Source of the DNA: Bacteroidales bacterium
GTDB lineage: Bacteria; Bacteroidota; Bacteroidia; Bacteroidales; GWA2-32-17
DNA: 60,274 nt
Reading direction: 5' to 3'
NCBI GenBank assembly: GCA_026417155.1
Contig: JAOADU010000035.1
Coordinates: 1 to 60,274 of the forward strand
Shown: piece by piece, positions 18,990-28,598 of the stretch
Layout of the letters: each line of letters starts with the position of its first letter
How positions within the stretch are numbered: the stretch's first letter is position 1
The notes under the pieces: generated by a model
The model's database searches: none
What the model was told of the DNA's origin: nothing
What the model saw: only the letters and a program-made list of their open reading frames with translations
Program-made: the position numbers and the translations under genes

Positions 18990-20747
18990 TTATTCACCGT
19001 AATCATAATCGCGTCTTTTGTTGGGAGCATTGAGTTCATTTGGGGCCTTTCCGGAAATAGTGCGAACAATTTTATTGTTTTTAAAAACTGCCTCGAATAT
19101 TATTTTGCCATTGGGTTCGTAGTATGCAGTACGCCCATCTTTTATACCATACTTATATTCAATGATGCTTTCTATGGGACCCATGGGATAATATGTTTTC
19201 CATGTGCCGTGTGGCTTGCCATTTTTATAATATTCTTCTCGTAGTAATTCGCCTCGCTGGCTATAGTACAACCATTTTCCTTCTTTTTCGTTATCGATGT
19301 ATTCACCAAGCATGTTGGGCTTCCCATTTTCATGATAGGTTTCATATTTACCATGAAATTTGTTGTTGCGTTTGTATTCAATGCGCATTATATTTCCATT
19401 TGGCCAATAATATGTAACTTTACCTTCGGGAACAGTATCTTTATAAAAGATTTCATATTTTTTATTACCATTTTCCCAATAACCTTTCCACCATCCATTC
19501 ATAACGCCATTTTCGAATGTTCCTTCCATTTTAACTTTTCCATCTTCGTACCAACTTATCCAGTATCCAGTTTCTTTTCCCATGTTCATCGTACCTTCAT
19601 GTTCTTTTTTGCCATTTTCGTAGTAAACAGTTATTTTACCATGTTTAATACCGTCTTTGAAGTTTACAATTTTCCATATGCTGTCGTTTGCATACCAATA
19701 AACCCATGTGCTATCCATTTTTCCATTCTTATAATATCCCTCATTACCTTTTTTTCCGTCGGTGCGCCAATATGTCCATTTTCCGTGTTGAATATCGTTT
19801 ACAAAGTACCCTTCTATGTCTTTTTTACCATCTTGATGATACCAAATGGCATATCCGTTCTTCTTACCATTTTCGAAAGTGATTTGAGATTCTATTTGTC
19901 CGTTTGGATAATATTTAGTATGAATACCTTCGCGTAAATCTTTTTTAAATTCTCCTTCCATTTTTTTTGTGCCGTTTTCATAATAAAATACCCATAAGCC
20001 CTCTTTAAGGCTATCAACTAATGTTCCTTCCATTTCTTTTTGTCCGTTTTGGTACCATGAAATGTTTTTTCCGTTTATGTAATTTAGTTCGGATTGTAAT
20101 TTGCCATCAGGAAAATATCGTTTCCAATTGCCTGAATATTTTCCATTTGAAAAATAACCTGTTATAAAGGGCTTACCATCACTGTAAAACGATTCGAATT
20201 TTCCGTGTTCCAGTCCATTTTTAAATTCTCCTCGTTCTTTAATAGCATTATTCGAATAGTATTCGATATAATATCCATTTCCATTTATTAGCGTTTGATT
20301 TCCGTTTGCTAACCAGAAATTTAGAAGAATACATTTCCCCATTTGGCAATGGAGCTCTTTTTTCTTTTGTCCATTTTCATAAAAATAAGTCCAGATGCTG
20401 TCTTTTTTATCCTGTTTAAAATAACCTTTAGTTTTCATTTGTCCGTTTTCATACCATTCGGTATAGCTGTTGGTTTTCATTCCGTATCGAATATATCCTT
20501 CGTTTTCTTTATTTCCGTTGGGATAAAAGTAAGTAACGCGACCGTGAATAATTCCATTAACAAATTCAATTTCTTGTTTAATTTTTCCATTGTTGTCGTA
20601 AAATTTCCATAAACCATATTCAGCACCGTTTTTCATTATTCCCTCACTTGCTTTTTTGCCATTTTTATGGTATGTAATCACTGTGTCTTGTGTATATGAA
20701 AATGTTGTGGCAAAAAGTGAAATAAATAAAGATAGCCATTTACACAT
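18990..20747 (-). CDS. Secreted MORN-variant (YwqK-like) repeat protein
   Basis: Signal peptide MCKWLSLFISLFATTFSYTQ, then about 22 consecutive ~23-aa units of the form G.W..YYENG.KK.EG.FKNG..HG. Confidence 0.8.
   Translation of the reverse strand: MCKWLSLFISLFATTFSYTQDTVITYHKNGKKASEGIMKNGAEYGLWKFYDNNGKIKQEIEFVNGIIHGRVTYFYPNGNKENEGYIRYGMKTNSYTEWYENGQMKTKGYFKQDKKDSIWTYFYENGQKKKELHCQMGKCILLNFWLANGNQTLINGNGYYIEYYSNNAIKERGEFKNGLEHGKFESFYSDGKPFITGYFSNGKYSGNWKRYFPDGKLQSELNYINGKNISWYQNGQKEMEGTLVDSLKEGLWVFYYENGTKKMEGEFKKDLREGIHTKYYPNGQIESQITFENGKKNGYAIWYHQDGKKDIEGYFVNDIQHGKWTYWRTDGKKGNEGYYKNGKMDSTWVYWYANDSIWKIVNFKDGIKHGKITVYYENGKKEHEGTMNMGKETGYWISWYEDGKVKMEGTFENGVMNGWWKGYWENGNKKYEIFYKDTVPEGKVTYYWPNGNIMRIEYKRNNKFHGKYETYHENGKPNMLGEYIDNEKEGKWLYYSQRGELLREEYYKNGKPHGTWKTYYPMGPIESIIEYKYGIKDGRTAYYEPNGKIIFEAVFKNNKIVRTISGKAPNELNAPNKRRDYDYGE
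19068..20681 (-). repeat. Tandem ~69-nt coding repeats (MORN/YwqK units)
   Basis: Periodic YENGxK / EGxxxNGxxxGxW pattern throughout the protein. Divergent at the DNA level. Confidence 0.7.
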
Positions 20748-20982
20748 ATATCAAAGATTTGATTGTAAAAATAATGTTAATGAGGTTAGCATTTTGTAAA
20801 AAAAATATGGAGTTATTAACATAATTTTTAAACGAAAGATAGATTTTTAAGCTCAAAATAAAAATTTATAATGAACAATATGAACTGTATCAATATTTTT
20901 AGAGACAAATTTTATGTTCAATAAAAAATATTTACGAAAAAATTAAAATTTTGATGTAAATTTGTGAGAAAATGAAACAATT

Positions 20983-21870
20983 ATGAAAGCTATTTTTACA
21001 TTAGTTTTTAGCACTATTTTAATAGTTGTCCATAGTCAAAATACAATTCCAAATCCAAATTTTGAACAATGGTCGGCAGGAAATCCTGTTGGTTGGCAAA
21101 CGTCCAATTCTTTTACTCAGCAATTTGGCGCAACAACGGTGTCGCAAGAAGCAGTTGCTCCATATCAGGGAAGTTTTTCCGTTAAGTTAGAAACAAAAGT
21201 AGTTTTCGGGTACAACATTGCAGGCTTAATTACAAATGGTCAGATTAGTGTAAATGTTAATCAAAATCCACCTGTAACTATTCTTGGAGGAACGCCTTTT
21301 ACGGCTCGTCCCAACCGATTTAAAGGATATTATAAATATTCTCCTGGCACAAACGATTATTGTCAGGTTGTTGCATTGTTGCTTAAACGAAATAATAATA
21401 TAAATGCCTTTGATACGGTTGGAGTGGCACAATTTATTAGTACAGCTCCTATGAACTCATGGGCATTATTTGATGTACCATTTGTTTATGCCATGGGCGA
21501 TACACCCGACACAATTCAAGTTGTAGCTATATCATCGAATCCGAATGCATCTGTTGCCGGAAGTGTTCTTTGGCTTGATAGCCTGCATTTCGAAGGAGGA
21601 ACAATGAATTCACCATTTGTTCTCAATTCTTTGAAAGACTTGCAAATATGGTATAACTATAATAATCAAACTATAAACATTTGTAGCCTTGAACCAATTG
21701 AATATAATAATGTGTATATTTATGATGTTTTAGGCAATAAGATATATGAAAATACTATTGCTTCAGCAACTAGGAATATAATAATCTATACTAATCATTG
21801 GAAGAAAGGCATTTATTTTGTTCGTTTGGGCGATGGAAATAATAAGGTAGGGAAAATAGTAGTATACTAA
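20983..21870 (+). CDS. T9SS-sorted secreted protein with PCMD-like N-terminal domain
   Basis: Signal peptide. IPNPNFEQW...GWQTSN and FKGYYKYSPG resemble the putative carbohydrate metabolism (PCMD) domain. C-terminal YIYDVLGNKIY...WKKGIYFVRL...KIVVY is a type A T9SS sorting domain. Confidence 0.7.
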   Translation: MKAIFTLVFSTILIVVHSQNTIPNPNFEQWSAGNPVGWQTSNSFTQQFGATTVSQEAVAPYQGSFSVKLETKVVFGYNIAGLITNGQISVNVNQNPPVTILGGTPFTARPNRFKGYYKYSPGTNDYCQVVALLLKRNNNINAFDTVGVAQFISTAPMNSWALFDVPFVYAMGDTPDTIQVVAISSNPNASVAGSVLWLDSLHFEGGTMNSPFVLNSLKDLQIWYNYNNQTINICSLEPIEYNNVYIYDVLGNKIYENTIASATRNIIIYTNHWKKGIYFVRLGDGNNKVGKIVVY

Positions 21871-21877
21871 ATCTTGT

Positions 21878-22570
21878 TTAGTTGACTACAATTTTAAAAT
21901 GATTGGAAAGCAATTCTTTGTGTTTTGGACATTGTAGTTCTTCTACTTCAAGCGTAAGTTGATTATTACTAAAACGAGGCATAACATTTTCGGCAGAAAC
22001 ATTAATAGTAGCATCAGGTGCAACTTTGTATCCATCATTGGTTTTAATTGAGTCGATATAAAACTCACAGTATAGTTGACGCGCAAAATACTTTCCTTTA
22101 GTTATGTTGATGGGTGTACTATTGTACCAAATTACATTTCCGTCTATGCAATAGTAATGCTGATAAATAGCTTTTAAAATACATGATGGCTTTGGTTGGT
22201 CGGGGACAAAAATTGCTTTCGATTTTTCAATTTCGTTCGAAAACTTTTCGAATGAAAATTGTTGAACTTCGGCTGATAATTTTGATATTATAGCAACATC
22301 GGCAATAATGTAACGCTTATATATATGAATATTGGGTAGTTGTTTTAAAAGTACATCGAAATTTATAGGTTGTAATTGAGAAAAAACTGAAATTACAAGG
22401 ATGCTTTTATTTTCATGTATGCTTTTTTTGTGAATCGAAGCACAAGTTACTCTACCTATGCTCGATTTTAATAAGTTATGATGAAATGAATATACAATAT
22501 CTTTAATTTCATGTAGTTCTATGTCTTTGGGTAATTGTAATCCTACAATACAATGGATAGAATGCTTCAT
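21878..22570 (-). CDS. Hypothetical cytoplasmic protein, no family recognised
   Basis: 230-aa ORF with no signal peptide and 6 Cys. A candidate minus-strand -7 box TATCTTTG lies at 22597-22604. Confidence 0.5.
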   Translation of the reverse strand: MKHSIHCIVGLQLPKDIELHEIKDIVYSFHHNLLKSSIGRVTCASIHKKSIHENKSILVISVFSQLQPINFDVLLKQLPNIHIYKRYIIADVAIISKLSAEVQQFSFEKFSNEIEKSKAIFVPDQPKPSCILKAIYQHYYCIDGNVIWYNSTPINITKGKYFARQLYCEFYIDSIKTNDGYKVAPDATINVSAENVMPRFSNNQLTLEVEELQCPKHKELLSNHFKIVVN

Positions 22571-22693
22571 AAAGGATTACTTTATAGTTAATGTAGCAAA
22601 GATATAGTTAATAATCAATATTTATTAAAATAGTTGATAAATAATTTCAAACAATTTATTAACAACGCAAATGGAGTGATGAATGAAATGATG

Positions 22694-24148
22694 TTATGAA
22701 AACCAATTATTTACATTAAAATTGTCAGAAAAAGTTTTATGAACAAATTCATTAGTTCTTGGGTTGTATAAATAATCATTTTTCATAGTTTCATGGTGAG
22801 TGATTATTTCTTTAAGAGCATAAACAATAAAATCCATTTCATCGTTAGTATTGGTTGGATGTAATGAAAGTCTAACCCATCCTGGTTTTTCCGACAAGTC
22901 GCCATGATTAATTTTTTCGGTAATTGCTTTTGATTTTTCGTACGAAACTTCGAGCAAATAATGTCCGTATGTGCCAGCGCAAGCACAGCCTCCACGAGTT
23001 TGAATTCCAAAATGATCGCTTAGTAATTTAACCATAAGATTATAGTGAATGTCGGGGTGATAAAAGGAAAATACTGGTAATCGCTCCTGATGTTTGTCGG
23101 CTAAAATTTTTAAGCCATTAATTCGAAATAACTGTTCAAACATGTAACTAACCATGTAGCTTTCGCGTTGTTTTATTTTATCAATGTTCATAGTTTCTTT
23201 AAGCTGGATGGCCAATGCAGCTTTTATAGTTTGAAGAAAAGCGGGAGTTCCGCCGTCTTCTCTTGCTTCAATATCGTCAACAAATTTGTATTCGCCCCAT
23301 GGGTTAGTCCAATCAACAGTGCCACCGCCCGGTTGATCGGGAATAGGATTGTGATACATGGTTCTGTCGAAAATTAATATTCCAGTTGATCCTGGGCCAC
23401 CTAAAAATTTATGAGGCGAAAAAAATATTGCATCGAGTTTCTGATATGGATTATCGGGATGCATATTAATATAATCGTATGGTGCCGATGCTGCAAAATC
23501 GACGAAACAAAGTCCACCATGTTCGTGCATAATTTGAGCTATCTCATAGTAGGGTGTATGAATGCCAGTTACATTTGAACAAGCTGTAATAGAAGCTATT
23601 TTAAATTGACGATGATTATATTTTTTAAGTTTTTCTTTTAAATCATTAAGGTCTATAAGTAAATCGCTTGTTGGTTTAATAATTTCAACATCGGCATTAC
23701 AAGCATACCACGAAGTATGATTTGAATGATGTTCCATGTGTGAAATGAATACTACGGGGCGTTCTCTTTCTTTTAAGCAATCGTTTTTCATTATCATTCC
23801 ACAATGGCGTAAGCCTAAAATACGTTGAAATTTATTTATAACTGTAGTCATGCCCGAGCCTGCCGAAATAATAACATCATTAGGACCAGCATTTACATGT
23901 TTTTTTATAATTTTTTGAGCTGTATGATATGCAATAGTCATTCGTTTACCGGTTTCGCTGGTTTCGGTATGAGTGTTTGCAACGAAAGGACCGATATCGT
24001 TAACAAGTTTATTTTCAATGGGTTTGTATAAACGTCCGCTCGCAATCCAGTCGCCATATATAATTTTCTTTTCTCCAAATGGACTTATAAATGTTTGATT
24101 TATTCCTATTATTTCATTTCTAAATGGAAGAAAATAAGCTTCTAACAT
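22694..24148 (-). CDS. Class V aminotransferase-fold PLP-dependent enzyme (cysteine-desulfurase-like, long form)
   Basis: 484 aa. IYGDWIASGRLY near the N-terminus, ISHMEHHSN, and FSPHKFLGGPGSTGILIF (PLP-Lys motif). Confidence 0.75.
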   Translation of the reverse strand: MLEAYFLPFRNEIIGINQTFISPFGEKKIIYGDWIASGRLYKPIENKLVNDIGPFVANTHTETSETGKRMTIAYHTAQKIIKKHVNAGPNDVIISAGSGMTTVINKFQRILGLRHCGMIMKNDCLKERERPVVFISHMEHHSNHTSWYACNADVEIIKPTSDLLIDLNDLKEKLKKYNHRQFKIASITACSNVTGIHTPYYEIAQIMHEHGGLCFVDFAASAPYDYINMHPDNPYQKLDAIFFSPHKFLGGPGSTGILIFDRTMYHNPIPDQPGGGTVDWTNPWGEYKFVDDIEAREDGGTPAFLQTIKAALAIQLKETMNIDKIKQRESYMVSYMFEQLFRINGLKILADKHQERLPVFSFYHPDIHYNLMVKLLSDHFGIQTRGGCACAGTYGHYLLEVSYEKSKAITEKINHGDLSEKPGWVRLSLHPTNTNDEMDFIVYALKEIITHHETMKNDYLYNPRTNEFVHKTFSDNFNVNNWFS

Positions 24149-24203
24149 AATTGTTTATAATTTGAAGAGGCAAAAATAATTTTTTATTTATAAAAAAATA
24201 TCT

Positions 24204-24211
24204 TACCTTTG
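24204..24211 (+). promoter_or_regulatory. Candidate -7 promoter box (TACCTTTG) for the RRM gene
   Basis: Matches TAnnTTTG. Would give an ~80-nt AT-rich 5' UTR before ATG 24298. Confidence 0.3.
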
Positions 24212-24297
24212 TATTGAAAATGCTCATTTATTTGAAATTCTATTTCATTTAATTAAGCTTTTTCGTGTATTTATTAACTTTTTAAATTTTTTATTTT

Positions 24298-24546
24298 ATG
24301 AACATTTTTGTTGCAAATCTGAATTTTAAAATTCAGGATGGTTTTTTACGCGAACTTTTTGAAAATTTTGGTGAAGTGCATTCAGCAAAAGTAATTACTG
24401 ATCGAATGACTGGTCGTTCGAAAGGTTTTGGTTTTGTTGAAATGTTGAATGATGATGAGGCTCAAACTGCAATTGATGAGCTTAATGGCAAAGAAGTAAT
24501 GGGAAAAGTTTTAGTTGTAAAAGAAGCTCATGATCGAAAAAAATAA
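24298..24546 (+). CDS. RRM-type RNA-binding protein
   Basis: 82 aa. RNP2 IFVANL and RNP1 KGFGFVEM. Confidence 0.9.
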   Translation: MNIFVANLNFKIQDGFLRELFENFGEVHSAKVITDRMTGRSKGFGFVEMLNDDEAQTAIDELNGKEVMGKVLVVKEAHDRKK

Positions 24547-24567
24547 TTTTAATGAGTGTTAGCCTTT

Positions 24568-24597
24568 AAAGACTGCTTCATAGCAGTCTTTTTTTTA
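24568..24597 (+). terminator. Rho-independent terminator after the RRM gene
   Basis: AAAGACTGCT-TCAT-AGCAGTCTTT perfect 10-bp stem followed by a T-run. Confidence 0.8.
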
Positions 24598-24609
24598 TAC
24601 ATTTGTATA

Positions 24610-25206
24610 ATGCTAAAATTGTCGTATCAAACTAATCTAATCGAAGTGGGGATAGATGAAGCTGGCAGGGGTTGTCTGGCCGGACCTGTTTTTGCTGCAG
24701 CTGTTATTTTACCAAATAGTTTTATTTCGAAAGAATTAAATGATTCAAAAAAACTACACCCAAATAAACGAACAGAATTAAGAAAAATTATTGAACTTGA
24801 AGCTCTTGATTTTTCAGTTGCATATTGCACACACGATGAAATTGATAGATGGAACATTTTTAAGGCTACTATGGTAGCAATGCATCGTTGTTTGGATAAG
24901 TTAAAGATGAAACCAGAATTTATTGTTGTAGATGGCAATAAATTTTTTGAATATCGAAATATACCCTATAAAACTATAGTTAAAGGCGATGAAACGTATA
25001 TGAATATTGCAGCAGCCTCAATATTAGCAAAAACATACAGGGATGAGTATATGAAGCAATTGCATGTAGAATTTCCCATGTATGGTTGGAATGAAAATAA
25101 AGGATATCCAACGGAGTATCATGTAAAAGCTATTGAAAAATATGGTTATTCACCTTATCATCGTCGTACATTTCAATTAAAAGGGCTGCAGTTGAAGATA
25201 TTCTGA
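24610..25206 (+). CDS. rnhB: Ribonuclease HII
   Basis: VGIDEAGRGCLAGPVFAAAV active-site motif. The ORF-track start 24556 is GTG and lies inside the upstream terminator hairpin, so ATG 24610 (MLKLSYQ) is used. Confidence 0.9.
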   Translation: MLKLSYQTNLIEVGIDEAGRGCLAGPVFAAAVILPNSFISKELNDSKKLHPNKRTELRKIIELEALDFSVAYCTHDEIDRWNIFKATMVAMHRCLDKLKMKPEFIVVDGNKFFEYRNIPYKTIVKGDETYMNIAAASILAKTYRDEYMKQLHVEFPMYGWNENKGYPTEYHVKAIEKYGYSPYHRRTFQLKGLQLKIF

Positions 25207-25208
25207 TG

Positions 25209-26357
25209 CTATGAAAAATATTTTTTAAAGTGTTCGAAGAAATTTTTGTCTTTTTTTGCATTTTCGGGATTAAAATTGTCTGACTCATCAAGTTTTTCTA
25301 ATAGTTTCCTCTCTTCTTTTGAAATATTAGTAGGAATATACACAATAACTCTAACTATTAAGTCACCTCTTTGGTATCCATGTACGTCGGGTAGTCCTTT
25401 CCCTCTTATTCGAAGCAATTTACCCGAAGTTGTTCCAGGATCTATTTTAAGTTTTATTTTTCCACCGTCGATAGATGGAATTTCGGCAGTAGTGCCAAGA
25501 ATAGCTTGAGGTATAGAGATTATCAAATTGTAAATCAAATTATTGTCTTCGCGAATAAAATCGGGGTGTTTTTCTTCTTCAATTTGAACAATTAAGTCGC
25601 CGGGTATGCCTCCATGTTTTGCAGCATTACCTTTACCCGATAAAGATAACTGCATGCCTTCGGCAACTCCTGCGGGTATATTTATAGTGATTATTTCTTC
25701 GTCATAAACAATTCCTTCGCCTGCACAATAAGAGCATTTGTTAGTTATTATTTTACCTTCACCATTACAAGTGTTGCATGGTGAAGTGCTTTGCATGTGT
25801 CCTAATATGGTACGTGTGATGCGTGTAATGTATCCCGAACCATTGCAAGTTGGACAAGTACGATAAGCATTACTATCTTTTGCACCAGTACCATGACAAT
25901 TTGAACAACTAACAAGTTTTTTTACTTTAATTTTCTTTTCTACACCATTTAGAATTTCTTGGTAGTTGAGTTTAACTTTAATGCGTAAGTTTGTACCTTT
26001 ATGAACACGTTTTCTTGATGTACTGGAACCAAATCCTCCAAAACCGCCAAAGCCAAAATCGGCAAAAATATCGCCAAAACGACTAAATATGTCGTTAATA
26101 TCGAAACCTTCAAAACCTCCTGACCCGCTTCCATGAACACCCGCATGTCCAAATTGGTCGTAGCGACGTCTTTTTTCATCGTCGCTTAATACATCATATG
26201 CTTCGGCAGCTTCTTTAAATTTTTCTTCTGCTTCTTTATCACCAGGGTTTCTGTCGGGGTGATATTGAAGTGCCTTTTTACGATATGCTTTTTTAATTTC
26301 TTCTTTCGAAGCATTTCGAGGCACTTCCAGTATTTCGTAATAATCGCGTTTGGTCAT
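25209..26357 (-). CDS. dnaJ: Molecular chaperone DnaJ
   Basis: DYYEILEV...[10 protein letters not shown]-domain, G/F-rich linker, and four CxxCxGxG motifs ([32 protein letters not shown]). The track start 26375 is TTG inside grpE, so ATG 26357 is used. Confidence 0.93.
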   Translation of the reverse strand: MTKRDYYEILEVPRNASKEEIKKAYRKKALQYHPDRNPGDKEAEEKFKEAAEAYDVLSDDEKRRRYDQFGHAGVHGSGSGGFEGFDINDIFSRFGDIFADFGFGGFGGFGSSTSRKRVHKGTNLRIKVKLNYQEILNGVEKKIKVKKLVSCSNCHGTGAKDSNAYRTCPTCNGSGYITRITRTILGHMQSTSPCNTCNGEGKIITNKCSYCAGEGIVYDEEIITINIPAGVAEGMQLSLSGKGNAAKHGGIPGDLIVQIEEEKHPDFIREDNNLIYNLIISIPQAILGTTAEIPSIDGGKIKLKIDPGTTSGKLLRIRGKGLPDVHGYQRGDLIVRVIVYIPTNISKEERKLLEKLDESDNFNPENAKKDKNFFEHFKKYFS

Positions 26358-26361
26358 AAGA

Positions 26362-26937
26362 TTATTCTCCCACAACTACTTTAGCAAAACGAATTACTTT
26401 ATCGTGAAGCATATAGCCTTTTTGAATGACATCAATAACTTTGCCTTTTAATTCATCGTTTTGAGCAGGGATGCGGGTTATTGCTTCATGAAAATCGGTA
26501 TTAAATTCATTATTTTTGGCTTCAATTTCTTTTACACCTTGCTGTTTTAAAAATTCTTGAAATTTATTGTTAATGAGTTCTACGCCCTGTTTTAGGCTAT
26601 CTATGTTGCTGCTTTCTTTAATAGATGTATAGGCTCGTTCAAAATCATCTAGAATATTAACTAACTGAGTTATAACACCTTCGCTACCATATTTTAGCAG
26701 TTCGGTTTTTTCTTTTAATGTTCGTTTTTTATAATTGTCGAATTCGGCAGCAAGTCGTAAGTATTTATCATTTAGTTCATTATATTTTTCTGTCATTTTT
26801 TCCAGTTCTTCTTTCAACTTTTCGACTTCTGCACTTTTGTTTTTTTTACGCTTTTTTGTCGAAGCCTTTTCAGTGCTTTCTTCATGTTCGTTTGTTGAAG
26901 TTTGTTCGGTGTTTTCTAATAATTCTTTATCGCTCAT
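26362..26937 (-). CDS. grpE: Nucleotide exchange factor GrpE
   Basis: 191 aa. Acidic/Lys-rich N-terminus, [14 protein letters not shown] coiled-coil signature, C-terminal beta domain. Confidence 0.9.
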   Translation of the reverse strand: MSDKELLENTEQTSTNEHEESTEKASTKKRKKNKSAEVEKLKEELEKMTEKYNELNDKYLRLAAEFDNYKKRTLKEKTELLKYGSEGVITQLVNILDDFERAYTSIKESSNIDSLKQGVELINNKFQEFLKQQGVKEIEAKNNEFNTDFHEAITRIPAQNDELKGKVIDVIQKGYMLHDKVIRFAKVVVGE

Positions 26938-26984
26938 AAATAATTTTTTTTTGAAAAGATTACAAATTGCTTGCCAATAGATTT

Positions 26985-27995
26985 TTAAGACAAAGTGTCA
27001 GTTGTGTTTAAAGTTTCCCATAACATTCGAATGAGTTTTTGAACGTTTTTCTGACTAACGGAAGAAAATATAATTGTTGTTTCATGAATTTCTTTCAATT
27101 CATTTAGGACTTGTTTTTCTTGTTCAGTTGATAATAAATCGGCTTTTGATACAGCAACAATTCTTTTTTTACGAAGCAGTTGTGGGTTGTATAAACGCAA
27201 TTCGTTGAGCAAAATTTGATATTCCTTGTAAATATTTTCGCTGTTTGCGGGAATTAAAAACAATAATATTGAATTTCGTTCTATATGTCGCAAAAATCGC
27301 AATCCTAAACCTTTTCCAAGATGTGCTCCTTCTATAATTCCTGGAATATCAGCCATTACAAATGAATGTATATGGTCAACTTTAACAATACCTACGTTAG
27401 GTTTAAGTGTTGTAAATGGATAATCGGCAATTTTAGGACGGGCGGCAGAAACTGTAGCCAGTAAAGTGCTTTTGCCTGCATTGGGGAATCCAACTAATCC
27501 TACATCGGCGAGAATTTTTAGTTCGAGTTGTATCCACATTTCAACTCCGGGTTCGCCGGGTTGTGCAAAGCGAGGAGTTTGCATGGTTGGGCTTTTAAAA
27601 AAACTATTACCTTTACCCCCTCTACCTCCTGTAGCAATAATTGCTTCTTCATTGTGTTGTGTGATTTCGGCTAAAATTTCTTTAGTTTCATCGTTTCGGG
27701 CAATAGTGCCAAGTGGTACTTCGATGATTACATCTTCGGCATCGGCACCTGTTTTATTGTTTGAACTTCCGTTTTCGCCGTCTTTTGCAATAAAATGTTT
27801 GTGGTAACGAAGGTGGAGTAACGTCCATAAGTTTCTATTTCCTCTAAGTATAATGTGTCCGCCTCTGCCGCCATCACCACCATCGGGTCCGCCTTTACGT
27901 GTAAATCGGTCTCGATGAAAATGAATAGAACCTGCTCCGCCTTTACCCGATTTAATAAAAATTCGTATGCTGTCAACAAAATTATCTTCGGCCAT
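26985..27995 (-). CDS. obg: GTPase Obg/CgtA
   Basis: FVDSIRIFIKSGKGGAGSIHF, GGDGGRGGHIIL glycine-rich Obg fold, and G-domain GFPNAGKSTLL / DIPGIIEGA. Confidence 0.93.
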   Translation of the reverse strand: MAEDNFVDSIRIFIKSGKGGAGSIHFHRDRFTRKGGPDGGDGGRGGHIILRGNRNLWTLLHLRYHKHFIAKDGENGSSNNKTGADAEDVIIEVPLGTIARNDETKEILAEITQHNEEAIIATGGRGGKGNSFFKSPTMQTPRFAQPGEPGVEMWIQLELKILADVGLVGFPNAGKSTLLATVSAARPKIADYPFTTLKPNVGIVKVDHIHSFVMADIPGIIEGAHLGKGLGLRFLRHIERNSILLFLIPANSENIYKEYQILLNELRLYNPQLLRKKRIVAVSKADLLSTEQEKQVLNELKEIHETTIIFSSVSQKNVQKLIRMLWETLNTTDTLS

Positions 27996-28000
27996 GTAAA

Positions 28001-28582
28001 TTATTTACATTGTGAAAAATTGTCGATGTGATAGCATATTTCTTTAAAAACAGCTTCTTCTGTTTGCATGCCGTTAATGATGAAGGCTTTATTTTGTTTT
28101 TGATAATATTCAATTACAGGTGAAGTTTGTTCTTTATATATTTTAATTCTGTTTTGTATAATATGTGGTTCGTCGTCTTTTCTTCCTTCAATTTTAGCTC
28201 TTTTTAGCATTCGTTTCAGCAATTCGTCGTCAGAAACGTCGAGAACAATCATGATACATATACTTTTCTTTTTACTTTGAAGCATATTGTCGAGTGCTTT
28301 AGCTTGAGAAACTGTTCGAGGAAATCCGTCAAAAACATATCCTTTAACTTTGGGATTTGCTTCAAACACTTCCTCAATCATGCTAATTACAACATCATCG
28401 GGAACGAGTTCGCCTTTGTCGATATAATGTTGTGCAATTCGTCCGAGTGGGGTTTGTTCTTCAATTTCTTTGCGAAATATATCGCCTGTGGCAATATGGG
28501 ACAGCCCATAATGTTGTATAATTTTTTTTGATTGCGTACCTTTCCCTGAACCGGGCGGACCAAATAAAAGTACATTTAGCAT
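28001..28582 (-). CDS. adk: Adenylate kinase (short-lid form)
   Basis: LFGPPGSGKGTQ P-loop, GDIFR, GYVFDGFPRT. Confidence 0.93.
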   Translation of the reverse strand: MLNVLLFGPPGSGKGTQSKKIIQHYGLSHIATGDIFRKEIEEQTPLGRIAQHYIDKGELVPDDVVISMIEEVFEANPKVKGYVFDGFPRTVSQAKALDNMLQSKKKSICIMIVLDVSDDELLKRMLKRAKIEGRKDDEPHIIQNRIKIYKEQTSPVIEYYQKQNKAFIINGMQTEEAVFKEICYHIDNFSQCK

Positions 28583-28598
28583 AGTATATTAAATTAAT

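Noticed and set aside
19332-19937. 201-aa ORF antisense to the MORN-repeat gene, plus several shorter ones in 19172-20612
   Set aside because: The periodic codon usage of the sense repeats (GAA/AAA/TAT/TGG/GGN) simply avoids antisense stops. The sense strand has a signal peptide and a clean repeat architecture.
21878-22570. MOSC-domain hypothesis for the 230-aa protein next to the NifS-like enzyme
   Set aside because: I could not find MOSC-like motifs (no RFRPN-type segment, and no conserved C-terminal Cys context). The idea is retained only as a note in the finding.
27466-27807. 113-aa ORF antisense to obg, and similar ORFs at 16265-16591, 24627-24938, 39997-40341 and 52128-52451
   Set aside because: All are embedded antisense in genes with unambiguous conserved motifs, and none has a start context or recognisable domain.
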